From a virus (Duplodnaviria > Caudoviricetes), in the IMG/VR virus record IMGVR_UViG_3300047560_001264, positions 1-56,108 of that record: a stretch of 56,108 bases of DNA. One strand, 5' to 3'. Made by a program: the position numbers and the translations under genes. How positions within the stretch are numbered: position 1 is the first letter of the stretch; each line of letters opens with the position of its first letter. Below, piece after piece: positions 41,637-50,586 of the stretch. Under the pieces are notes generated by a model, which was not told where the DNA came from, did no database searches, and saw only the letters and a list, made by a program, of their open reading frames with translations.

Positions 41637-41902
41637 AAATTTCAGAAATTTTAGACGAGAGTGCAACACCAGGTGCAACAGCAGCAGTTAATATTGGTAC
41701 TGTTGAAAACCCAAAACTTAGCCCAGGAAAAGCAAGAGGCAAAAAGAGCTATCTTGGTGATCCATGGGGTGGAAAATCGGGCACAAAAGCGCCACCTCAG
41801 CCTAAAGTCGTACAACCGAAAAACCCAGACGGTACTGCAAAAAACGGGTTGGACATGAAAGGCGCCAATTTATTCGGCGGCGGAACTGTCAAAAGAAGCT
41901 AA
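41633..41902 (+). CDS. Probable small internal head protein
   Basis: MKISEILDES leader; basic, G/P-rich body. Confidence 0.68.
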   Translation: MKISEILDESATPGATAAVNIGTVENPKLSPGKARGKKSYLGDPWGGKSGTKAPPQPKVVQPKNPDGTAKNGLDMKGANLFGGGTVKRS

Positions 41903-41926
41903 ATATAAAGAATACGGAGTTTAAAC

Positions 41927-43456
41927 ATGACCACTCAGAAGAGAAAACTATCAGAATTTGCAGAACCAGGAATGGAAGGACCAGAGATGGGCGTTCCAGC
42001 AGCTGGTGCTCCAGAAGTCGTCGGTGCCCACGAAGGTGGCATTGATCGCGAAGGCGCAATGGCAAAAGCTGATCTAATGAAACTAGCTAGTTACGCATCT
42101 AAGCTAGGTGACAAGATTCAAGATGACACCCAACTAGAAGCATGGGTACAAGCTAAAATCACTAAAGCTGCTGACTACATTGCTAGCGTTTACCATTTCT
42201 TAGAATACGAAATGAAGTTTAGCGAGTACGGTCATCACTTAGATAACAGCGACACATTAAGCGAAAGCCAAAAGAAAGTTCTTAAAGCTCGTTTAAATGA
42301 AGCTAAGGAAAAAGTAAGAGCACTTAAAGTTGCACAAGCTGAAAAAGTATCTATCGAAGAAGGTGTACTTTCAGGTGGTGATGAGCCATGTGCAGAATGC
42401 GGTGGTACAGGTGTTGTACACAATCCAGGTGCAATGGTTCCTGACCATGTTAAGAGCAAGGTTGCAAAATACAACCGTCAAGCTAAAGCGTTCCACGCAG
42501 CTAGTAAGCGTCTTGACAAGAACAACAATGGTATCCCTGATGATGAAGAAATGGAAGAAGGTTTCGACAAAGACTCTAAAGAAGGTGATACATTCAAAAC
42601 TCATACAGGCGGAACTGCTACAAAAACTAAGACTGGTGTAAAGCACACAGCTGGTAAGAATTACAGTGGCAAGGGCGCAGCAGATGATGCGAAGAAAGAA
42701 AAGAAGTCAGATGATTTAGAAGAAGGTTTCGACAAAGACTCTAAAGAAGGTGATACATTCAAAACAGCAACTGGTGGTACAGCTACTAAGACTAAGACTG
42801 GTGTAAAGCACACAGCTGGTAAGAACTATAGCGGTAAAGGTGCTGAGAAAGAAAGCAAGGCCAAAGAAAAAGAGTTGGACGAAGCTACAAAGACTCCAAC
42901 AACTTGGACTGACAAGTCAGGCAAGAAACACCCAGCTACATCTGTCAAAGGTGACAAGTACACTGGTAAAGAAGCAGAGAAAGAAGCTAAAGAAAAGAAA
43001 GTTGACGAATCTAAGCCAAGTGCTGGTTTAAGCAAGGCAAAGAAATCTGCTGTTGTTAAGAAAGCTAAAGCAGGTGGCGACATTGGTAAACCAGGTAAGT
43101 CATTTGGTGACGTAGCCAAGTCTGCAGGTGGTGGTAAGAAAGGTAAAGCAATTGCCGCAGCCGCTATGTGGAAGAACATCAAAGAAACTACAGCATACGT
43201 AATGGAAAAATCAGCAGCAGCCAAGAAGGCTGACAAAGATTACGACCATGATGGTAAAATTGAATCAGGCAAAGATGAACACGCTGGTTCAGTAGACAAT
43301 GCAATCAAGGCTTCTAAGAAGACAGTTAAAGAGTCTACAGATTTTAGCCGTATGCAAGATCAATTGGCACGTTTAAATCGTAGTGAGTCACATGTTTTAA
43401 AAGAAAGCAGTGAAGCTGACCAAATCCGTGCGTTAACAAAGCGTCTATTGGGGTAA
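41927..43456 (+). CDS. Large charged probable internal head (poly)protein with internal repeat
   Basis: Many hydrophobic-x-E sites; K/E-rich; CAECGG; TAAATA at 41900-41905. Confidence 0.75.
   Translation: MTTQKRKLSEFAEPGMEGPEMGVPAAGAPEVVGAHEGGIDREGAMAKADLMKLASYASKLGDKIQDDTQLEAWVQAKITKAADYIASVYHFLEYEMKFSEYGHHLDNSDTLSESQKKVLKARLNEAKEKVRALKVAQAEKVSIEEGVLSGGDEPCAECGGTGVVHNPGAMVPDHVKSKVAKYNRQAKAFHAASKRLDKNNNGIPDDEEMEEGFDKDSKEGDTFKTHTGGTATKTKTGVKHTAGKNYSGKGAADDAKKEKKSDDLEEGFDKDSKEGDTFKTATGGTATKTKTGVKHTAGKNYSGKGAEKESKAKEKELDEATKTPTTWTDKSGKKHPATSVKGDKYTGKEAEKEAKEKKVDESKPSAGLSKAKKSAVVKKAKAGGDIGKPGKSFGDVAKSAGGGKKGKAIAAAAMWKNIKETTAYVMEKSAAAKKADKDYDHDGKIESGKDEHAGSVDNAIKASKKTVKESTDFSRMQDQLARLNRSESHVLKESSEADQIRALTKRLLG
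42554..42845 (+). repeat. Internal tandem duplication, 165-nt (55-aa) period
   Basis: 47-nt identical blocks at 42554-42600 and 42719-42765; protein repeat EEGFDKDSKEGDTFKT.TGGTATKTKTGVKHTAGKNYSGKGA. Confidence 0.9.
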
Positions 43457-43460
43457 TCCA

Positions 43461-44447
43461 ATGGATATGAAGCGTATTCTACAGGCATTAGATGGCGCCG
43501 CTGCAAAGCCTGTAGAAGGCGCATCTGACATGGCTAAATTCATGTCAGTTGTTAACAGTGCTAACAAACCCGAGACACTTACTGAGGGTGCAAATCCTCA
43601 TAAAGTGTCTTTACCAGTGCAGATGGCAATGCAACATTACCAAAAGCCTGCACCGGTAAAGAAATCGAGACCAGCATTAATTGACAAGTACTTTGCACAA
43701 GTACAAGAAGAGCAATTACAAGAAAAGAAACATAAGAAACAACTCATCAATCAATACGCACGTACTATCGCTGAACGTGTAATGATGAGAGAAGGTAAAG
43801 AAGAGTGGCATACTAGCCCAAGTGGTGCTAGGACAAACATGTCACCAGCTGATGATGATTATGAAATTAATTACGGTGCAGATGGTGCTGCGGCAAGCAT
43901 GGACCATGAAGACACTGTTACTTTAGATATCCCATTGTTAATCCGTTTACTTGAGTATGCAAGAGAAGATGCAAAAACTGATATGGATTTGCATAATGTA
44001 GCTGAAAAGTTAATTGACTTAGGTAACGATGGTAAAACATTATCAATGGACGACTACAACAGTATTGTAGGCTCTGAAGAATTATCAGAAAATGCTGATG
44101 AATTAGACAATTATGATGTTGATGGCTTGCAAAGCTATTATTCAGATTTCCATAAAGACTTACACGGATTCCGACCACGCCACCATAGTGAAGAAGAATG
44201 GAACGATCCAGAAGTATTAAAAGATGCTATTCGCAAACTTCACAAGTATATGGATATGCTAAAGTCTTCACCAGAAGGTCGCGCTCAATTAAAAGCAGAT
44301 GGCTGGCATATTGACGAAGGCAAAAAGATCAAACCAAAAAAATCATCTAGTAAGTGTTATGCTAACCAAACACAGGTTGGTGTCCAAACAAAGGATGGCA
44401 ATGTAGTTTCAAAGTGTTCACGTAAACAAGCACACAAACAATCATAA
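43461..44447 (+). CDS. Probable internal head (poly)protein
   Basis: Segments separated by PVEG/LTEG/LQEK/MREG/LSEN/IDEG; contains LDIPLLIRLLEYAREDA and SDFHKDLHGFRPR modules. Confidence 0.7.
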   Translation: MDMKRILQALDGAAAKPVEGASDMAKFMSVVNSANKPETLTEGANPHKVSLPVQMAMQHYQKPAPVKKSRPALIDKYFAQVQEEQLQEKKHKKQLINQYARTIAERVMMREGKEEWHTSPSGARTNMSPADDDYEINYGADGAAASMDHEDTVTLDIPLLIRLLEYAREDAKTDMDLHNVAEKLIDLGNDGKTLSMDDYNSIVGSEELSENADELDNYDVDGLQSYYSDFHKDLHGFRPRHHSEEEWNDPEVLKDAIRKLHKYMDMLKSSPEGRAQLKADGWHIDEGKKIKPKKSSSKCYANQTQVGVQTKDGNVVSKCSRKQAHKQS

Positions 44448-44467
44448 GATGTATTCAGGGAAATAAT

Positions 44468-46303
44468 ATGAACTTTAGAGAACTTTTAAACAAGATTGAC
44501 GAAGCTGATGCAGTTGCTCCAGCGGCATCTAATGCAGATGCGTTGGCAGCAGTTAATGCAGGCGGTTCCGCACCTACTCCAACAGACCCAAGCAAAGTAT
44601 ATGCTTACCGCAGAGCACAAGCTGCAATGGCACGTTTGGAAAAGGCTGCACAATACACTGGTACTGACGAAATCGTCCGCCAAAGAGCAGGTTTACCACC
44701 ACCATTGCCACCAATTGAGCAATGGGATGGCAAAATGCCAGCGCCAGTTGGTAAGCCAGATTGGATCAATCGTGTATTAGGTACTGGCGGTGGTGCTTCA
44801 GGCAATACTGTAACAGACCAATCATCAGCTAGTGCAGAAAACGATGCATTTGCAGCTGGTCATGAAACAGCAATGGGCCAATTAAAGCAATTAGCTGATT
44901 TAGTTGCTAAATTAAAACCAGCAGCACCAGTTAAAGAGAGTTCTATTGCTGATGCATTGTTAGAGAGTTTTGGTTATCAATTAAATGAATTCAGTGTTAG
45001 CGATGCAGCAAAGGGCGTTGCAAGCGCAGCCAAATCTGCAACAGGTACATTAGGTAAAATTGGTAGTAAAGCACTACCAGGCGTTGGTGCAGCATTCGGT
45101 GCAGTTGATGCATACGATCGTGCCAAGAAGGGCGACTATTTCGGTGCAGGTATTGCAGGATTATCAGGCGCATTGAGCTTGGTGCCAGGTATTGGTTGGA
45201 TGCCAGCAGTTGCATTAGATATGTTCAACTTAGGCCGTGATTTACGTGGCCCAACTGCGTCACCAGCACAGGCAGAACAGCACCCAGTTGCAACTGGTTC
45301 AATTGCACAGTTACAGAAGCTCATCGGTACAGAACCAGATGGTATTTTTGGTCCTAAATCACAAGCTGCATTAAAAGTGTGGCAACAAAAGAATGGTTTA
45401 CAAGCGGACGGTATTCCTGGTCCCAAGACATTTGCAGCAGCTAAAATTGCAGCACCTGGTGCATCTAAGACAGTTGCTGAACAAATTAGCAGTTTACAAG
45501 CAAAGATTTACGAAGCACAGAACCCATCATCATTATATTTCATCCTTGAAGATGGTAACCTATACGAGTTAACACCTGAGAACGAATTCTATGTTCTTGA
45601 CGAAGGTTTGGCTGGTGATGCAATCAGTGGATTGGCAAAATACGGCGGTAAGGCATGGGACGCAATCAAAGGGTTAGGTAAAGGTGTAGCGCACGGTGTC
45701 AAGAATCCAGCGGATGCTAAACTAATTAAGGGCGCAAAACCAGGTGCAGACATTGGTACTAAAGCTGGTGTAGCCGGTGCCAAAGCAGGTGGTATTTTAG
45801 CAAGAAACCCAGTTAAAACAGCATTAGGTGCTGGTGCATTAGGTTACGCTATGGGCAATAACTCTGGAACATCTCCAACAACAGGCCCAACAACTGGTCC
45901 TAGTACTGGTCCAGTAAAAACTCCTGGTGGCCAAGATCCTGCGCCAGTTGGAACTACTACTGATGTTGATCCAGCCGTTATTGATCAAATTGAACAATTA
46001 ATGTCTAACTTGGCACAAAGCCAAGACGAAGAAGTTATTGCACAATTGGACGTAATCAGAAAACAAATTAATCAAATTACTGGTGGCAAGCCTTTAGATT
46101 CATTAAAGACACAAGCAGCAGTAGATGCCACAAAACCTGATCCAGCATGGGAAGGGATGATTCAAAAGATAGGGCAAGCAACTGGTATGCCAGTTGATGC
46201 TATCAAAGATCAAGTTGGTCTAATTAGATCCCAGAAAGGTGACATTACCCCAGAACAGGCATTTAAACAAGTTACTGATTTTATAAACAAAACAGCACAG
46301 TAA
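44468..46303 (+). CDS. Probable internal/ejection protein with peptidoglycan-binding domain and glycine-zipper segments
   Basis: MNFRELLNKIDEA leader; LQKLIG...DGIFGPKS.AALK.WQ...GL.ADGI.GPKT PG-binding motif; LPGVGAAFG...GIAGLSGALSLVPGIG. Confidence 0.75.
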   Translation: MNFRELLNKIDEADAVAPAASNADALAAVNAGGSAPTPTDPSKVYAYRRAQAAMARLEKAAQYTGTDEIVRQRAGLPPPLPPIEQWDGKMPAPVGKPDWINRVLGTGGGASGNTVTDQSSASAENDAFAAGHETAMGQLKQLADLVAKLKPAAPVKESSIADALLESFGYQLNEFSVSDAAKGVASAAKSATGTLGKIGSKALPGVGAAFGAVDAYDRAKKGDYFGAGIAGLSGALSLVPGIGWMPAVALDMFNLGRDLRGPTASPAQAEQHPVATGSIAQLQKLIGTEPDGIFGPKSQAALKVWQQKNGLQADGIPGPKTFAAAKIAAPGASKTVAEQISSLQAKIYEAQNPSSLYFILEDGNLYELTPENEFYVLDEGLAGDAISGLAKYGGKAWDAIKGLGKGVAHGVKNPADAKLIKGAKPGADIGTKAGVAGAKAGGILARNPVKTALGAGALGYAMGNNSGTSPTTGPTTGPSTGPVKTPGGQDPAPVGTTTDVDPAVIDQIEQLMSNLAQSQDEEVIAQLDVIRKQINQITGGKPLDSLKTQAAVDATKPDPAWEGMIQKIGQATGMPVDAIKDQVGLIRSQKGDITPEQAFKQVTDFINKTAQ

Positions 46304-46310
46304 TTAACAC

Positions 46311-46337
46311 AAAACGGCACCTTCGGGTGCCGTTTTT
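46311..46337 (+). terminator. Intrinsic terminator with C(UUCG)G tetraloop
   Basis: AAAACGGCACC-TTCG-GGTGCCGTTTTT. Confidence 0.92.
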
Positions 46338-46360
46338 CTACCTTAAAAATATCAAAGGCA

Positions 46361-46389
46361 TTGACGATTAATACTAAGTACTTTAGAAT
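46361..46389 (+). promoter_or_regulatory. Sigma70-like promoter
   Basis: TTGACG, 17-nt spacer, TAGAAT. Confidence 0.72.
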
Positions 46390-46412
46390 AGGCAAATATA
46401 TAGGAGACTAAC

Positions 46413-46670
46413 ATGTCAGGAAGAGCATACGGCCCAGAAGAAAAGAAGAAACTAGAACAACTCATTAGCGAAGGTTCAACAGTATTACGTGAAGTTGAAG
46501 ATTTGCAAGAAGGCTTAAAAGAAACTGTTAAAGCAGTAGCAGAAGAACTACAAATCAAACCAGCAGTTATCAATAGAGCAATTAAAATCGCTCACAAAGG
46601 TAACTGGTCAGAGTTCAACGAAGATTGGGCTGAAGTTGAAGCAATTTTGGATATCACTAAACGTATCTAA
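46413..46670 (+). CDS. Small dsDNA-binding protein (T4 DsbA/GapR-like)
   Basis: L..LI.E......E...L.E..KE....V.EE......IN..IK..HK helical pattern; AGGAG SD. Confidence 0.6.
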   Translation: MSGRAYGPEEKKKLEQLISEGSTVLREVEDLQEGLKETVKAVAEELQIKPAVINRAIKIAHKGNWSEFNEDWAEVEAILDITKRI

Positions 46671-46692
46671 TAAATATTGCTGTATAAGGTAA

Positions 46693-46741
46693 GGCGGGCC
46701 ATAATCCGCCAATTAGGTGTTTTGCGAGCCGGAAGTCGCAA
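46693..46741 (+). promoter_or_regulatory. Tandem hairpins in the DNA polymerase leader (candidate translational operator)
   Basis: GGCGG-GCCATAAT-CCGCC and TTGCGA-GCCGGAAG-TCGCAA, immediately before the GGAG SD. Confidence 0.5.
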
Positions 46742-46757
46742 TGGAGAATATTACAAT

Positions 46758-49424
46758 ATGAGCTACGTAGACGCATGGTATGATCGTGAGAACGATTTTA
46801 TCAAAGTCGTAGAACGTAATACAAAAGGTGAAAGGGAATTTAGAGACTACCCCATTCGTCATACGTTCTATGTTAAAGACCCCAAGGGCAAATTTACATC
46901 AATTTACGGTGAACAACTATCACGAATTGTTTGTAAAAGTACAAAAGAACTTCGTAAAGAACAATCCATTAATAGTGGACGGGCAATGTATGAAGCAGAC
47001 TTTAATCCAATTTTCGTTACTCTAAGCGAAAACTACAATAACCAAGACGCACCAAAACTCAATACCGCATTTTTCGATATTGAGGTAGACTTCGATCCAG
47101 AACGTGGCTATGCGGCACCAGACGATGCCTTTATGCCAATCACTGCTATCGCTGTCTACCTACAATGGATGGAAACTATGGTTTGTTTGGCTGTACCTCC
47201 AAAGACTATGACTATGGAGCAAGCCAAGGAAGCCGTAAAAGAGTTCCCAAATACATTACTGTTTGAAACAGAAGCAGAAATGTTGGATACATTCCTTGAT
47301 GTTATCCAAGATGCAGATATTTTGAGTGGTTGGAACAGTGAAGGTTTCGATATTCCATATACCGTTAACCGTGTTATCAAAGCGTTAAGCAAGGAAGATA
47401 CAAGACGTCTGTGCTTGTTTAACCAATTTCCTAAACGTAGAGAATACGAGAAATATGGTAAGGACGCAGTAACATATGATTTGATTGGCCGTGTACACAT
47501 GGACTATCTCGAATTGTATCGCAAGTACACATATGAAGAACGCCATAGCTATCGCTTGGATGCGATTGCAGAATATGAGCTTGGCGAACGTAAGACACAG
47601 TACGAAGGCACTTTAGACCAGTTATACAATAATGACTTTAAGACATTCATTGAATATAACAGACAAGACTGTGCGCTTCTTGATCGTCTTGACAAGAAGC
47701 TAAAATTCCTCGACCTTGCTAACACACTTGCCCATGAAAACACAGTATTGCTACAAACTACAATGGGTGCTGTAGCTGTAACTGAACAGGCTATTATTAA
47801 CGAAGCACATCGCAGAGGTTTCCAAGTTCCAAATCGCATTAAGATGGATGAACGTGATGAAGGTCAAGCTGCTGGTGCGTATGTTGCGTATCCGAAGGAA
47901 GGATTGCAAGATTGGGTCGGTTCATTAGATATTAACTCACTTTATCCTTCAGCCATTCGTGCATTAAACATGGGACCAGAAACAATTATCGGTCAGTTAC
48001 GCACAAATGGTACAGACGCAGCTATTGAAGCGTTAATGGCTAAGGGCAAGAGCTTTAGTGCAGCATGGGAAGGTATGTTTGGTACGATTGAGTACGAAGC
48101 AGTTATGGCACAAGAGATTGGTACCGACATTACCATTGACTGGGAAAACGGTGAAAGTGATGTTGTTAGTGCCGCTGAAGTTTACAGATTAATTTTTGAA
48201 AGTAATCAGCCTTGGATGTTAAGTGCTAACGGAACTATCTTCACTTATGAGAAAGAAGGTATTATCCCTGGATTGCTAAAGCGTTGGTATGCAGAACGTA
48301 AAGAAATGCAGGCTAAACTTAAAGAAGCAATCAAAGCAGGTAACAAGATTGAAGAAGAATACTGGGACAAACGTCAGTTGGTTAAGAAGATTAACTTGAA
48401 CAGTTTGTATGGTGCTATTCTTAACTCTGGATGCCGCTTCTTCGATAAACGAATTGGGCAGTCTACTACACTCACTGGCCGCCAAATCGTTAGACACATG
48501 GCTGGTAAAGTTAATGAGATTATCACTGGTGATTATGACTATCGTGGTAAAGCAATTATCTATGGTGATACTGACTCATGTTACTTCTCAGCATATAAGA
48601 CACTTCAAAAGGACATTGACAAGGGAGTTATTCCTTGGACAAAGGACTCAGTAGTTGCATTGTATGACCAAATCGGTGAAGAAGTTAACAGCACGTTCCC
48701 GCAATTCATGTTGGATTCATTCCATTGTCCGAAGTCACGCGGTGAAGTTATCAAAGCAGGACGTGAAATTGTTGGTTCAAAAGCATTGTTCATTACTAAG
48801 AAACGTTATGCTGTTCTTTACTACGATAAAGAAGGCAAGCGCAGTGATGTGGACGGTAAGCCAGGTAAGATTAAAGCTATGGGATTGGATCTCAAGCGTT
48901 CAGATACACCTGACTTTATTCAAGACTTCTTAAGTGATGTTTTGGAAATGGTTTTAATGGGTAAACTTGAATCCGAGGTTTTAGATTTCATTAGTGAATT
49001 TAGAACAAAGTTCAAATCTAGACCAGGTTGGGAGAAAGGATCTCCTAGACGTGCAAATAACATTACTGAGTATCAAGCTAAAGAAGCTAAACAAGGTAAA
49101 GCTAACATGCCAGGGCACGTTAGAGCAAGTATTAACTGGAATACACTGAAGAGAATGTTCGATGACAAGTACTCAATGGGCATTACTGACGGTGCAAAGG
49201 TTATTGTGTGTAAATTGAAAACAAATCCACTGGAATACAGCTCAGTTGCATATCCAGTTGACGAACTTCGTTTGCCACAGTGGTTTAAGGATTTACCTTT
49301 TGACCACAATGAAATGGAAGCTGTACTCATCGATAAAAAGTTGGATAACTTAATTGGTGTATTAAAGTGGAACATTCAAAACACAAGTGAACGTAATACA
49401 TTTAATAGTCTATTCGACTTTTGA
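46758..49424 (+). CDS. DNA polymerase family B (T4 gp43-like)
   Basis: Exonuclease motifs FFDIEV, GWNS..FDIPY, YN..D; polymerase motifs DINSLYPS, KINLNSLYG, YGDTDS, KKRY; no intein or intron seen. Confidence 0.96.
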   Translation: MSYVDAWYDRENDFIKVVERNTKGEREFRDYPIRHTFYVKDPKGKFTSIYGEQLSRIVCKSTKELRKEQSINSGRAMYEADFNPIFVTLSENYNNQDAPKLNTAFFDIEVDFDPERGYAAPDDAFMPITAIAVYLQWMETMVCLAVPPKTMTMEQAKEAVKEFPNTLLFETEAEMLDTFLDVIQDADILSGWNSEGFDIPYTVNRVIKALSKEDTRRLCLFNQFPKRREYEKYGKDAVTYDLIGRVHMDYLELYRKYTYEERHSYRLDAIAEYELGERKTQYEGTLDQLYNNDFKTFIEYNRQDCALLDRLDKKLKFLDLANTLAHENTVLLQTTMGAVAVTEQAIINEAHRRGFQVPNRIKMDERDEGQAAGAYVAYPKEGLQDWVGSLDINSLYPSAIRALNMGPETIIGQLRTNGTDAAIEALMAKGKSFSAAWEGMFGTIEYEAVMAQEIGTDITIDWENGESDVVSAAEVYRLIFESNQPWMLSANGTIFTYEKEGIIPGLLKRWYAERKEMQAKLKEAIKAGNKIEEEYWDKRQLVKKINLNSLYGAILNSGCRFFDKRIGQSTTLTGRQIVRHMAGKVNEIITGDYDYRGKAIIYGDTDSCYFSAYKTLQKDIDKGVIPWTKDSVVALYDQIGEEVNSTFPQFMLDSFHCPKSRGEVIKAGREIVGSKALFITKKRYAVLYYDKEGKRSDVDGKPGKIKAMGLDLKRSDTPDFIQDFLSDVLEMVLMGKLESEVLDFISEFRTKFKSRPGWEKGSPRRANNITEYQAKEAKQGKANMPGHVRASINWNTLKRMFDDKYSMGITDGAKVIVCKLKTNPLEYSSVAYPVDELRLPQWFKDLPFDHNEMEAVLIDKKLDNLIGVLKWNIQNTSERNTFNSLFDF

Positions 49425-49455
49425 TACATTTACCTTCAAAATTAAAACAAAAATG

Positions 49456-49483
49456 TTGACTTTATTGTCAACTGTAGTAAAAT
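49456..49483 (+). promoter_or_regulatory. Sigma70-like promoter for the clamp/modification operon
   Basis: TTGACT, 16-nt spacer, TAAAAT; GTTGAC-N6-GTCAAC palindrome overlaps the -35. Confidence 0.68.
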
Positions 49484-49503
49484 AACAACATACGGAGATT
49501 TTT

Positions 49504-50235
49504 ATGAAAGATTTTTTACAAGACTTAGTAGCACACGTACACTCACTAGGATTCTTACCACTAGCTAAAGTTAGCGCATCAACAACAGCAACAGAAGTTG
49601 AATCAATGTCCGATGACCGTTCAGTCATCCTTAAAGGTACAACAAAGAGCCCAGTTGGCGATTTGGAAGGTACTTTTGGTATGCCAAACTTAAACAAGTT
49701 GGACTTACACTTAAAGTGTCCAGAGTACAAGGATGGTGCAGTTATTAACGTTGTAAAGGAAACACGCAACAATGTTGAACTGCCAACTGGTATTCACTTT
49801 AAAAACGCAGCAGGCGACTTTAAGAACGATTATCGCTTCATGAACGAGGCAATTATCAACGAAAAGTTGAAGACAGTTAAGTTCCGTGGCGCAAGCTGGG
49901 ACATTGAAGTAACTCCAACTGTATCTGCTATCCAACGTTTGAAGTTCCAAGCAGCAGCACACAGTGAAGAAACTGTTTTCCAAGTATCAACTAAGGACAA
50001 CAACTTAGTATTCAGCTTTGGTGATGCAAGTACACACGAAGGTAGCTTTGTGTTTGCACCAAACGTTACTGGTAAACTAAAGCAAACTTGGGCATGGCCA
50101 GTTAGCCAAGTACAAGCTATCTTAAACCTAAGTGGTGATATCACTTTGAAGATTTCAGACGCAGGTGCTATGCAAATTAGTGTTGATAGCGGTATTGCAG
50201 TTTACGACTACATCTTACCAGCACAGACCAAGTAA
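49504..50235 (+). CDS. Sliding clamp (gp45/PCNA-like)
   Basis: 243 aa, directly after polB; C-terminal LKISDAGAMQISVDSG...YDYILPA pattern; a clamp loader is present in the window. Confidence 0.72.
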   Translation: MKDFLQDLVAHVHSLGFLPLAKVSASTTATEVESMSDDRSVILKGTTKSPVGDLEGTFGMPNLNKLDLHLKCPEYKDGAVINVVKETRNNVELPTGIHFKNAAGDFKNDYRFMNEAIINEKLKTVKFRGASWDIEVTPTVSAIQRLKFQAAAHSEETVFQVSTKDNNLVFSFGDASTHEGSFVFAPNVTGKLKQTWAWPVSQVQAILNLSGDITLKISDAGAMQISVDSGIAVYDYILPAQTK

Positions 50236-50585
50236 TGAGCTTTGATCAACTTACACTAGGAACCTTGGCGTTCCTAGTTATAGGATACTTCACTTATAGA
50301 GGTTGCGGGTGGGAAAATATTCGCAACTGCTATAAGATGTGGTTTGAAAAAGGTTACTGGACTAGTTACAATATTGTTGAAGCAATTAGTTGGGCCGCAA
50401 AGGCCGCCATTATTATTCCTGGTTTAATATTTGGAATACAAGTATGGCAACTATATTGGGTAGCATTAATAACTAGTTTTGGTCTAATTTGGGCTAGTCA
50501 CAAAAAAGCACTTCCCAGCCTAGTTGCATTTAACACAATATGGGCATGGATTAGTTGTATGGTATTAGCACAGCATTTAATTTAA
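50235..50585 (+). CDS. Small multi-pass membrane protein
   Basis: About 4 hydrophobic helices; TAATG-coupled to the clamp gene. Confidence 0.72.
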   Translation: MSFDQLTLGTLAFLVIGYFTYRGCGWENIRNCYKMWFEKGYWTSYNIVEAISWAAKAAIIIPGLIFGIQVWQLYWVALITSFGLIWASHKKALPSLVAFNTIWAWISCMVLAQHLI

Positions 50586-50586
50586 T

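Noticed and set aside
42554-42845. CRISPR-like direct repeats
   Set aside because: Only two copies, in frame within a protein; this is a coding duplication
46758-49424. Intein or intron in the DNA polymerase
   Set aside because: Length and motif spacing are normal; no splicing or homing-endonuclease motifs seen
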